The translations under genes were made by a program, and so were the position numbers. A DNA stretch of 22,244 nucleotides, taken from the NCBI GenBank assembly GCA_040830765.1, contig JBFOMH010000010.1, forward strand, positions 1-22,244, in the 5' to 3' direction. This document shows, piece by piece, positions 1-7,770 of this stretch. Source of the stretch: Puniceicoccaceae bacterium. Its GTDB lineage: Bacteria; Verrucomicrobiota; Verrucomicrobiia; Opitutales; Oceanipulchritudinaceae. A model generated the notes under the pieces. That model made no database searches and was not told where the DNA came from. It worked only from the letters and a program-made list of their open reading frames with translations. Position 1 is the first letter of the stretch. The number at the start of each line of letters is the position of its first letter.

Positions 1-1041
1 CCTCACCAGACAAAAGACACAAAGACAGCCCCCGCCAATTTTGCCGTAACAACAGGGCCAGGGTCGGAGGGCGGGCGGGGGCAAAAAATTTCCCCCACTC
101 CATCCACCGCGGCCCACGGGGGGGAAGGGGGCGTGACCCCCTTCACCGCCATTATTTCCGATGGCTTTTCCCCCATCCAGAGCGTTCGTGTTGCTTCGGG
201 AGCCAACGCTTTCCACCTGGCTAATCCAGACGGGGGCAAGCAGACACTGACCCTGCAGGATGAGTTCCTCGTAGGCACAGGTGCGCCATCCCTGACTTTC
301 AAAAGCTCACTCGCCTGGGCCACGGAAGAGCAGTATGCCAGTGTGGAAATTAATACCGGAAGTGGCGACAATTGGCAGTCCGTCTGGACCGTCAAGGGTG
401 CCGCCGAGGGGAATAACTCGTTTGATAACGTGAATATCGACCTCTCCTCCTACGTGGGAAATACCATCCGGGTCCGCTTTCGGTATGACGCCACTGGCGT
501 ATATTATTTCCAGACCGACCCATCCGTTGGCTGGGCTTTTGACGATGTGACCCTGTCCGGTGTCACCCGGCTGACCAACATTAGTGACCTGCCCGCGAAA
601 ATGGGCGGAGACACCGTGACAACCGTCTTCGCTGATGCCGGAAATTATCTTTTGCAGGCCAGGGATATTGCCTTCGGAGGGATTGCCATGGACTGGGGTC
701 CCGCCTTGGAAGTCACGGCCGAGTCGATGACGGCAGTGGATGTTCCTTTTGCTGAATGGCGGGACGATCCGGTCCTGGGTTGGCTCTACGGGACTGATGT
801 TTCCTGGAAATGGAGCTTGAGCATGGGCTACATTTACGTCGATGCCTTCCCTTGGATCTACACCGCCAACGGCTGGGCCTATTACAGCACAGGGTCCGTC
901 TACAATGGCATCTGGTTCTTCCACGCCGTCCACGGATTCTCCTACACCCAGCATGATCTGGGCGGCTGGTTCATCCATGAGCCCTTTATTTACGACGATC
1001 CGGGCTCCTGGCACAATTTCAACAACCCTCCCGGCGGCTAA
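1..1041 (+). CDS. 5'-truncated probable secreted/surface protein: beta-sandwich (jelly-roll-like) domain plus Trp/Tyr-rich C-terminal module
   Basis: Frame 1 is open from base 1 to TAA at 1039-1041; the GTG at 133 in the ORF track is probably internal. The segments 'VEINTGSGDNWQSVW', 'IDLSSYVGNTIRVRFRY' and 'GWAFDDVTL' resemble extracellular beta-sandwich modules. The C-terminus has GW(L/I/A)Y-type repeats. Confidence 0.7.
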   Translation, partial: PHQTKDTKTAPANFAVTTGPGSEGGRGQKISPTPSTAAHGGEGGVTPFTAIISDGFSPIQSVRVASGANAFHLANPDGGKQTLTLQDEFLVGTGAPSLTFKSSLAWATEEQYASVEINTGSGDNWQSVWTVKGAAEGNNSFDNVNIDLSSYVGNTIRVRFRYDATGVYYFQTDPSVGWAFDDVTLSGVTRLTNISDLPAKMGGDTVTTVFADAGNYLLQARDIAFGGIAMDWGPALEVTAESMTAVDVPFAEWRDDPVLGWLYGTDVSWKWSLSMGYIYVDAFPWIYTANGWAYYSTGSVYNGIWFFHAVHGFSYTQHDLGGWFIHEPFIYDDPGSWHNFNNPPGG

Positions 1042-1085
1042 GAAAAGGCTGGTGGCCCTGGCTGCCAAGGTCTATAAATCCCATC

Positions 1086-2297
1086 ATGCCGGAGTTAAGC
1101 ACACATTACTCCCGGCTGGATGAGCTCATCGACAAGGATGCCCATTCCATCCGGGAAATGCGTCGTTATTTGCACGCACATCCTGAGCCCAGCGGTGAAG
1201 AGACGCGGACAACCGCCTATATTGCCGATCAACTGGGATCGCTGAACGTCGATTTTCGCATGGGCCCTGAAGGGCGCGGTCTGGTGGTCGATTTTCTGCC
1301 TGAAGGGGCTAAACGGGTGGTCGCTTTCAGGGCGGATATCGATGCCTTGCGCCTGCAGGATGAAAAAACGGTCTCCTATCGCTCCCGTGAAAACAACCTT
1401 ATGCACGCCTGCGGGCACGATGCCCACACGGCGATGGCCTTTGGAGCCCTCAAGGCGCTGGCAACCTACCCCGGGTCCCTTCCAAAAGGCTTCGGCTGGC
1501 GCTGTATATTCCAGCCCTCAGAGGAATCCGCCACCGGGGCCAAGGAAATGATTGCCTGGGATGCCCTCCACAACGTCGAGTCGATCATTGCGTTGCATGT
1601 CGATCCAGCGCTCGATGCGGGCCAGATCGGTTACCGGGAAGGACCCCTGACCGCCCATTGCGAAGAATTTGAAATCCTCGTCGAGGGGCGTGGCGGCCAC
1701 GGAGCACGTCCACACACCACGATTGATCCCATTGCCGCCGCCACTTCGATTATCCAGACCGTCTATGCCATGCTGCCGCGCAGCGCGGATGCGAGGGACC
1801 CATTGGTGGTTTCTTTCGGGGTCATCCAAGGTGGCATCAACCCGAATGTCATTCCAGAGTCCGTCCAGCTCCGCGGGACAATCCGCAGCATGGACTTCGA
1901 CAAGTCCCAGGAGGCCAAGCGCCGCATTCGGGAGATCGTCGACGGCGTCTCTCAATCCTGCCAGGTGCAGGCTCAATTCTCCATCGCCTATCACCTGCCC
2001 GCCGTTCAAAACGACCCCGTGATGACAAAGGCCTGCAAGTCAGCCGTTCACTCCCTCGTCGGTGAGGAAGGATTGATCTTTGTCGACAAGCCGAGCATGG
2101 GAGGGGAAGACTTTGCCTGGTACCTGCACAATTGCCCGGGCTGCATGCTTCGACTGGGCGTTGGAACGCCCTTGAAACCCATACGCCATCTCCACTCGGC
2201 CCGTTTTGATATCAACGAGTCAGCCTTGCCTATTGGGGCAAAGTCCCTCGCCCGCAGCATCTGCATGATAGCACATGAGCTGTCCCGTGCCTCCTGA
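1086..2297 (+). CDS. M20D family amidohydrolase (aminoacylase/hippurate hydrolase-like)
   Basis: 403 aa with motifs HPEPS, RADIDAL, MHACGHDAHT, FQPSEE, GRGGHGARPH, MGGEDF and a C-terminal H (HSARF). Confidence 0.92.
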   Translation: MPELSTHYSRLDELIDKDAHSIREMRRYLHAHPEPSGEETRTTAYIADQLGSLNVDFRMGPEGRGLVVDFLPEGAKRVVAFRADIDALRLQDEKTVSYRSRENNLMHACGHDAHTAMAFGALKALATYPGSLPKGFGWRCIFQPSEESATGAKEMIAWDALHNVESIIALHVDPALDAGQIGYREGPLTAHCEEFEILVEGRGGHGARPHTTIDPIAAATSIIQTVYAMLPRSADARDPLVVSFGVIQGGINPNVIPESVQLRGTIRSMDFDKSQEAKRRIREIVDGVSQSCQVQAQFSIAYHLPAVQNDPVMTKACKSAVHSLVGEEGLIFVDKPSMGGEDFAWYLHNCPGCMLRLGVGTPLKPIRHLHSARFDINESALPIGAKSLARSICMIAHELSRAS

Positions 2298-2316
2298 TTG
2301 AAACCATTCCTCCACC

Positions 2317-3480
2317 ATGCCCTATCCCGCTTTTCCTACACCACTTCCTGACAACTGCCATCCGATTGTATTCACGGCCAACGACTCGCCGACCATGGGC
2401 GTTGAGCTGGAAATGCAATTGGTCGATACAAATAACTTTGCCCTCAAGAGCGCAATCCTCGACCTGGTCAACCATGTGGGTGAAGATCAGGACTGGCTCA
2501 AGCCGGAGCTCATGCAGAGCTACGTGGAAATCAATACCGGGGTCTGCAAAACAATCGACGAAGTCCGCAAGGACCTAAGTGGCAAGCTGGCCAAACTTTA
2601 TGCGGCTGCCGAGGCCAACGACACCAGCATCCTCTGGGCCGGTTCCCATCCCTTTTCCGCCTGGATGGACCAGGAAATCACGCCCAGTGCCCGCTACAAA
2701 AAGCTTGTCGAATTGATGCAGGACACGGCCCGACGCATTGTCACCTTTGGTATGCACGTCCATGTGGGCGTCGACTCCGGCGACAAGGCGGTCATGGTTG
2801 TCGATCGCCTGATGCGTTACCTGTCGACGCTGCTGGCCCTTTCCGTCAACAGCCCATTCTGGGTTGGACGCAAGACCGGCCTCCATTCGCAGCGGATCAA
2901 GATCATGGAACAATTGCCGGCCGCCGGAACCCCCCCGTTTCTTCGCAATTACAGCGAGTACTGCTGGGTAGTGAACCAGTCCATACAAAGTGGATTCATC
3001 AACAGCATCCAGGAAATCTGGTGGGACGTGCGGCCCCACCCGCGCTTCGGAACGGTTGAAGTCCGTATCTTCGACATCCCGCAGAACCTTGAAGATGCCC
3101 TGGCCCTCACGGCCATGACCCAATGTCTCGTCGCCGCCCTCAGCGACCAGATAGACGAGGGAGTTTACCAACATGACATCCACCCGATTGTTGTCCGCCA
3201 GAACAAGTGGAAGGCTGCTCGCTACGGGATGCGGGCGGAGTTGATCGATCCTGTCACCCACAAGACGATTCCGGTCCGGGAAATGGTCTTTTTCCTCTAC
3301 GAGAAATTGAAACCCTATGCAGAAAAGCTGAACTGCATGCAGGAACTCAATCACATCATTACCATGGTCGATCATCGCTCCGGGGCTGAAATCCAACTCG
3401 ACCTTTACGAGCAGCACGACAAGGACCTGCGCAAGGTGGTCGAATCGATGCTGCAACGCAATTACCTCGCCCATCCCTAA
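2317..3480 (+). CDS. ybdK: YbdK/GCS2 family carboxylate-amine ligase (putative glutamate--cysteine ligase 2)
   Basis: 387 aa with motifs GVELEMQLVD, ELMQSYVEINTGVC, HPF, FGMHVHVG, NSPFW and WWDVRPHPRFGTVEVRIFD. Confidence 0.9.
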   Translation: MPYPAFPTPLPDNCHPIVFTANDSPTMGVELEMQLVDTNNFALKSAILDLVNHVGEDQDWLKPELMQSYVEINTGVCKTIDEVRKDLSGKLAKLYAAAEANDTSILWAGSHPFSAWMDQEITPSARYKKLVELMQDTARRIVTFGMHVHVGVDSGDKAVMVVDRLMRYLSTLLALSVNSPFWVGRKTGLHSQRIKIMEQLPAAGTPPFLRNYSEYCWVVNQSIQSGFINSIQEIWWDVRPHPRFGTVEVRIFDIPQNLEDALALTAMTQCLVAALSDQIDEGVYQHDIHPIVVRQNKWKAARYGMRAELIDPVTHKTIPVREMVFFLYEKLKPYAEKLNCMQELNHIITMVDHRSGAEIQLDLYEQHDKDLRKVVESMLQRNYLAHP

Positions 3481-3502
3481 CGCCTTCTCGATTGGATTTT
3501 TA

Positions 3503-3538
3503 TTGCCCCGCAATCCCGCTTCAACTAACTGGTTGAAG
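3503..3538 (+). promoter_or_regulatory. Putative sigma70-type promoter with overlapping perfect palindrome (candidate operator)
   Basis: TTGCCC (3503-3508), 17-nt spacer, TAACTG (3526-3531). CTTCAAC (3519-3525) and GTTGAAG (3532-3538) form a perfect inverted repeat flanking the weak -10. SD AGGAGG at 3543-3548. Confidence 0.4.
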
Positions 3539-3554
3539 AAGCAGGAGGTTGTTG

Positions 3555-4040
3555 ATGGGCGACAAGAAAAAGGAAAAAGGGATTAGCCGGATCGATTCCG
3601 CGTCAACGCATGGCTGGTTTGTCCGTGGTTACCGCAACGGAAAAACCTATTCGCGCCTCTTCAGCGACTTGAAGTGCGGTGGACGCGATAATTCCTTACA
3701 GGAAGCCCGCGAATTCCGTGAAAGCCTGAACGCCCAATTGCAATCGATTCCTCAAAAGCCTCGCGGTCGTCGTATCGTCAGGAAGGATTCGCGCAACCGG
3801 TCAGGCGTCATCGGAGTCTGCCGTACAACCAAGAAAAGTCCCAATGGGAACCTTAACGAATGCTATTCTGTCTCCTGGCGGCCGGAACCGGGGGTCCAGA
3901 AATGTACCTCCTTCTCAATCCGTAAATATGGCGAGAAAAAGGCCTTCCAGTTGGCCGTGGCTCACCGGAAGCGAATGCTCCGGGAAATCCACGGAGCAAG
4001 CGCCCTGCGCAAGGCAGCCAAGGAGGAAGTCGAATCCTGA
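3555..4040 (+). CDS. Tandem AP2-domain DNA-binding protein (no nuclease domain)
   Basis: ATG at 3555 lies 6 nt after AGGAGG. Two AP2-like units: 'GISRID..GWFVR..KTYSRLFSDLKCGG..SLQEAREFR' and 'RNRSGVIGV..YSVSW..TSFSIRKYGEKKAFQLAVAHR'. The protein is highly basic. Confidence 0.78.
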   Translation: MGDKKKEKGISRIDSASTHGWFVRGYRNGKTYSRLFSDLKCGGRDNSLQEAREFRESLNAQLQSIPQKPRGRRIVRKDSRNRSGVIGVCRTTKKSPNGNLNECYSVSWRPEPGVQKCTSFSIRKYGEKKAFQLAVAHRKRMLREIHGASALRKAAKEEVES

Positions 4041-4058
4041 CGGCAACCCGAAGCGTTC

Positions 4059-4712
4059 ATGGAACTGATTCTTTCAGTGGCGGTGATCCACCTCCTGGCC
4101 TGTCTGTCTCCCGGTCCGGACATTCTCCTGGTGGTCCTGAACAGCATTCGCCAAGGCTGGCGGGCGGGAGTTGAAACGACATTCGGTATCCTGTCTGGAG
4201 TCACCATTCAAATCACCCTCGGCATCACCGGAATAACCTATCTGGTTTCCCGGAATGCCAGCCTGCAAAGCCTCACCGCCCTGGCCGGGGGAGCATGGCT
4301 GGCTTATCTGGGGGGACGTGGCCTCTGGAGCAAATGGCGCTCAATCCGGTCCGCCGCTGTCACCGATGACCAGAACCTGCCCGGTGTTGAACTGGAGGAC
4401 AGTACCCGCTCCTATTGGATGCAGGGATTCCTCGTCAATATTCTCAATCCCAAGGCACTGCTCTATTTCCTCAGCCTCTTTTCCGTTCTTCTCGGTCAGA
4501 ATATTCCCCTGCAGCTAAAATTTGCCTGCGGCTTCACCATGCTTCTGGTCCAGGCAGTGGCCTTTTCCACCGTGGCCATCTCTCTTCATCGTCTTCGGGC
4601 GGGCCGTCAGTGGACCCGCATGCAGGGATGGCTGGACCCCGTCATCTCCTTGATACTCCTGATTCTCGGGCTGTGGATCTGGATCCGCACGGGGCTCCTC
4701 TGGTCAAAATGA
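4059..4712 (+). CDS. LysE/RhtB family amino-acid exporter
   Basis: 217 aa, hydrophobic, with SPGPD near the N-terminus, GGAWLAYLG and the GFLVNILNPKALLYF signature. Confidence 0.92.
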   Translation: MELILSVAVIHLLACLSPGPDILLVVLNSIRQGWRAGVETTFGILSGVTIQITLGITGITYLVSRNASLQSLTALAGGAWLAYLGGRGLWSKWRSIRSAAVTDDQNLPGVELEDSTRSYWMQGFLVNILNPKALLYFLSLFSVLLGQNIPLQLKFACGFTMLLVQAVAFSTVAISLHRLRAGRQWTRMQGWLDPVISLILLILGLWIWIRTGLLWSK

Positions 4713-4821
4713 AGGCCTCTCCGGACTTGCAGACTGGATGCAGATATTGTCTGGCCAAACGGCTGGCAACTGTTAGCATCCGTAACAGCCTAATCTAGAG
4801 AAACAAACAGAAGAGACGTTT

Positions 4822-5811
4822 ATGACCGAAGCAGAGTCCTGTATAATCATCGGAGCCGGAATTTCCGGCCTGCTCGCCGCCCAGCGGTTGATGCGCTACG
4901 ATATTAAGGTCACCGTGCTTGAAAAAAGCCGTGGCTTTGGCGGCCGGATGGCCATCAAGCAAATCGATGACTCGGTCTATGACATGGGTGCGCAGTTCAT
5001 GACCACCCGGGACATGATTTTCCGCGAGCGGGTGGAATCCTGGCTGGCGAAAGGGGAAGTTCTCCCCTGGTACGTGGGGCCCCTGAAAAACATGCGCTAT
5101 GTCGGTACCAAAGGGATGACATCCGTTCCGAACAGGATTGGCCAGACCCTTGAGGTCCACCTTTCCGAACGGGCGACCAAGCTCAGCTTCAAGAACAAGC
5201 GCTGGAAGGTTAAGACCCTCCCCTATGGTGAGAAAAAGGAAAAGACCTATGAGGCAGACTGGCTGATCTTGACCGCACCGGTGCCCCAGAGCATGGACCT
5301 TCTGGATGCCTCCGGGATTGAACTGGATTATGACGAGGAGGAAGAACTGCGTAAGATAACCTATGTTGGTTGTATCACCCTCATGGGCCAGCTCAACGGG
5401 CCTTCCGGCCTGCCCAATCCAGGCGCCATGGATTTAAACCATGACATTCTCCGCTGGCTGGGGGACAACCACATGAAGGGGATTTCTCCAACACCCGGTA
5501 GCGTGACCTTGCACAGTTCGCCGAAGTTTGCCGAAGCTTTCTGGGACCGACCGGAAGAAGACATCTCCTCCGCCATGCTGGCAGCGGCCAAGCCCTTCCT
5601 GAAAGCCGATCCGGTCAGCTCGACCGTCCACCGCTGGCGCTACAGCGATCCCATCAGGATTTACAAGGAGAAGCATCCCTTCCGCAAACCGTACTTTCTT
5701 GACGACTCCCTGCATCTTGGAATGGCCGGCGATGGTTTCAACGGACCGCGGATCGAGTCAGCCGGCCTCAGCGGGATGGAATTGGCCTCTGCCATTATCA
5801 GCCCGATCTAG
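4822..5811 (+). CDS. Renalase-like FAD/NAD(P)-dependent oxidoreductase
   Basis: 329 aa with IIGAGISG, EKSRGFGGRMA, DMGAQF, HRWRYS and GDGFNGPRIESAGLSG. Confidence 0.85.
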   Translation: MTEAESCIIIGAGISGLLAAQRLMRYDIKVTVLEKSRGFGGRMAIKQIDDSVYDMGAQFMTTRDMIFRERVESWLAKGEVLPWYVGPLKNMRYVGTKGMTSVPNRIGQTLEVHLSERATKLSFKNKRWKVKTLPYGEKKEKTYEADWLILTAPVPQSMDLLDASGIELDYDEEEELRKITYVGCITLMGQLNGPSGLPNPGAMDLNHDILRWLGDNHMKGISPTPGSVTLHSSPKFAEAFWDRPEEDISSAMLAAAKPFLKADPVSSTVHRWRYSDPIRIYKEKHPFRKPYFLDDSLHLGMAGDGFNGPRIESAGLSGMELASAIISPI

Positions 5812-5837
5812 CTTTCTCGAAATCCCCGCTTGATGGG

Positions 5838-5866
5838 TTGACGAAAAGCTCTTGCTGGAAAAGCTT
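5838..5866 (+). promoter_or_regulatory. Putative sigma70-type promoter of hemH (probably leaderless transcript)
   Basis: TTGACG (5838-5843), 17 nt, AAGCTT (5861-5866), then ATG at 5873 with no SD. Confidence 0.45.
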
Positions 5867-5872
5867 ATCCCC

Positions 5873-6892
5873 ATGGCTAAAGCTGTTCTCCTGGTAAACC
5901 TCGGATCGCCCGACTCAACGGCGGTTTCCGATGTCAAACGCTACCTCGACGAGTTTCTCACTGACGAGCGGGTAATCGACAAGGCCTTTGTCCGCAAAGT
6001 CATTGTTCCCTTGATTATTCTCAACACCCGTCCCAAGAAGTCCGCCGAGGCCTACGCCAGCATCTGGACGGACGAGGGCTCACCCCTCATTGTCACCAGC
6101 GAGCATCAGGCCCAGCTTCTGGAAAAGGCCATCGCTCCCAAGGTTTACCTGGCGATGCGCTATGGCAACCCATCCATCCCGGACATCGTTGAAAAGATTC
6201 TCCAGGACGGAATCACTTCCCTTTTCGTCGTCCCTCTCTACCCGCAGTATGCGATGTCGAGCTATGAGACCGTCGTGGTCAAGGTTATGGAGGAGATCAA
6301 CCGCCTCCAGCCGGATTTGGATGTCGAATTCCTGCAACCTTTCTACAATGACCCGGACTACCTCGATATCCTTGCGGCGAGCATTCGGGAAAACCTTCCG
6401 GAAGATACAGAAAAACTGGTCTTCAGTTTCCACGGTATCCCGGAACGCCATCTTCGGTTATCCGATCCGTCTCATGCCCATTGCCTCTGCGTTCAGGATT
6501 GCTGCACACGGGCCAATCCAGCTCACGCGACCTGTTACCGCCACCAGTGTTTCATGACGGTTGCCGGTGTCGTTGAAAGGCTGGGCTTGGCGGAGGAGCA
6601 ATATTTTGTCTCTTTCCAGAGCCGCCTCGGGCGCGACCCGTGGCTGACTCCTTACACCGACAGGACCGTAGAACGCTTTGCCCGGGAAGGGATCCGCAAG
6701 CTGAGGGTAGTCTGTCCGGCGTTTGTCACTGATTGTCTCGAAACCCTGGAGGAGATTGCCGAGGAGGCGAAAGAGATTTTCGTTGAAGCGGGAGGTGAGG
6801 ATTTCGAGGCCATTCCCTGCTTGAACGATGACCCCAGATGGATTCAATATCTTGCTGGTAAAGTTGATTCCTGGCTTCAGAAAAGCTCCTGA
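5873..6892 (+). CDS. hemH: Ferrochelatase
   Basis: LLVNLGSPDS, YLDEFLTD, AMRYGNPSI, PLYPQYAMSS, FSFHGIP, FQSRLG..PWLTPYT and FVTDCLETLEEI. ATG 5873 is preferred over TTG 5852. Confidence 0.96.
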   Translation: MAKAVLLVNLGSPDSTAVSDVKRYLDEFLTDERVIDKAFVRKVIVPLIILNTRPKKSAEAYASIWTDEGSPLIVTSEHQAQLLEKAIAPKVYLAMRYGNPSIPDIVEKILQDGITSLFVVPLYPQYAMSSYETVVVKVMEEINRLQPDLDVEFLQPFYNDPDYLDILAASIRENLPEDTEKLVFSFHGIPERHLRLSDPSHAHCLCVQDCCTRANPAHATCYRHQCFMTVAGVVERLGLAEEQYFVSFQSRLGRDPWLTPYTDRTVERFAREGIRKLRVVCPAFVTDCLETLEEIAEEAKEIFVEAGGEDFEAIPCLNDDPRWIQYLAGKVDSWLQKSS

Positions 6893-6906
6893 ACCTGGTT
6901 TGAAAG

Positions 6907-7770
6907 ATGCTCATACCCGACAAATGGTTATTACTCATTGGGACCATGGCCTATGTGGCGGCCTTGATCCTGACGTTGGTCCGGCTCTCGGATCGCCGTG
7001 CTCCCATGCATGGTTTCAATCTCGTCCTCATCTTATGCGGTTGGTTGATGCAAACCACCGGATTGTGGATACTGGGGGTGGAGGCAGGCAGTTGCCCCAT
7101 TCGTAATCCTTTTGAGGTCCTGCAGTTTATCAGCTGGTCCATCATCATCATTTATCTCTTCACCGGACAGGTCTTTCGCCTTTCCCTCTTCGGGACAGGC
7201 TCTGCCTCACTTGCCGCAATCGTTGGATTCCTGGCCTTTCTCATTCCCGGAGCGACTCATATCCCTGAGAACTATTACATCGGAGGGGATCCCCGGATTA
7301 ATGCACACGCCTCACTGGCGCTCTTCAGTTACGGGATTTTTGGTCTCCTGGCGGTAATATCCGTGCTCTACCTGATGCAGAATAACAGCCTCAAGACCAA
7401 GCGCAACGCGGGTATCTTCCGGTTCCTTCCCTCCCTCATGGATATGGATACCGTGCTTATGCGGCTGCTGATCGTGGCCTGCATTGTTTACACGATTTCC
7501 ATAGCCATTGGTGCCCTCTACTGGTTCAGCAACCTCAGTGAAATCAGTCTCGCCAAACTTATCCTGACCGTTGCCCTCTGGGTTGTCTATCTGGTTGTCA
7601 TGGTCCTGCGGGCAACTAACAAGCTCTACGGCACCCGCTTGGCGCGGGCCCTGATCCTTCTCTTTGTCGCCGCATTACTCATCCTCTGGCCGGTCGAGGC
7701 CAGTCGCAGCCACACCCATCCCCTTCCAGAGGTTACCAGCGAAACCCTTCCCCCTGACAATGCCGACTGA
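6907..7770 (+). CDS. CcsA/HemX-family (cytochrome c assembly protein) membrane protein
   Basis: 287 aa with about 8 hydrophobic segments, 'CPIRNPFE', 'HASLALFSYG', 'LYLMQ...LK', 'FLPSL..MD' and 'GALYW'. It sits immediately upstream of hemA with an 11-nt overlap. Confidence 0.8.
   Translation: MLIPDKWLLLIGTMAYVAALILTLVRLSDRRAPMHGFNLVLILCGWLMQTTGLWILGVEAGSCPIRNPFEVLQFISWSIIIIYLFTGQVFRLSLFGTGSASLAAIVGFLAFLIPGATHIPENYYIGGDPRINAHASLALFSYGIFGLLAVISVLYLMQNNSLKTKRNAGIFRFLPSLMDMDTVLMRLLIVACIVYTISIAIGALYWFSNLSEISLAKLILTVALWVVYLVVMVLRATNKLYGTRLARALILLFVAALLILWPVEASRSHTHPLPEVTSETLPPDNAD

Noticed and set aside
1..132. Homopolymer-rich, G/C-run sequence at the window start (possible G-quadruplex or repeat)
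   Set aside because: The frame stays open into the first CDS and it lies at the window edge. It may be coding or low-quality end sequence, and there is no periodic repeat.
2575..3513. 312-aa ORF antisense to ybdK, and similar antisense ORFs at 307-1068 and 20417-21112
   Set aside because: Antisense shadows of well-supported genes.
4764..4779. Sigma54-like TGGCAAC...TAGCA upstream of the renalase-like gene
   Set aside because: GG-to-GC spacing is 9 nt instead of the required 10.
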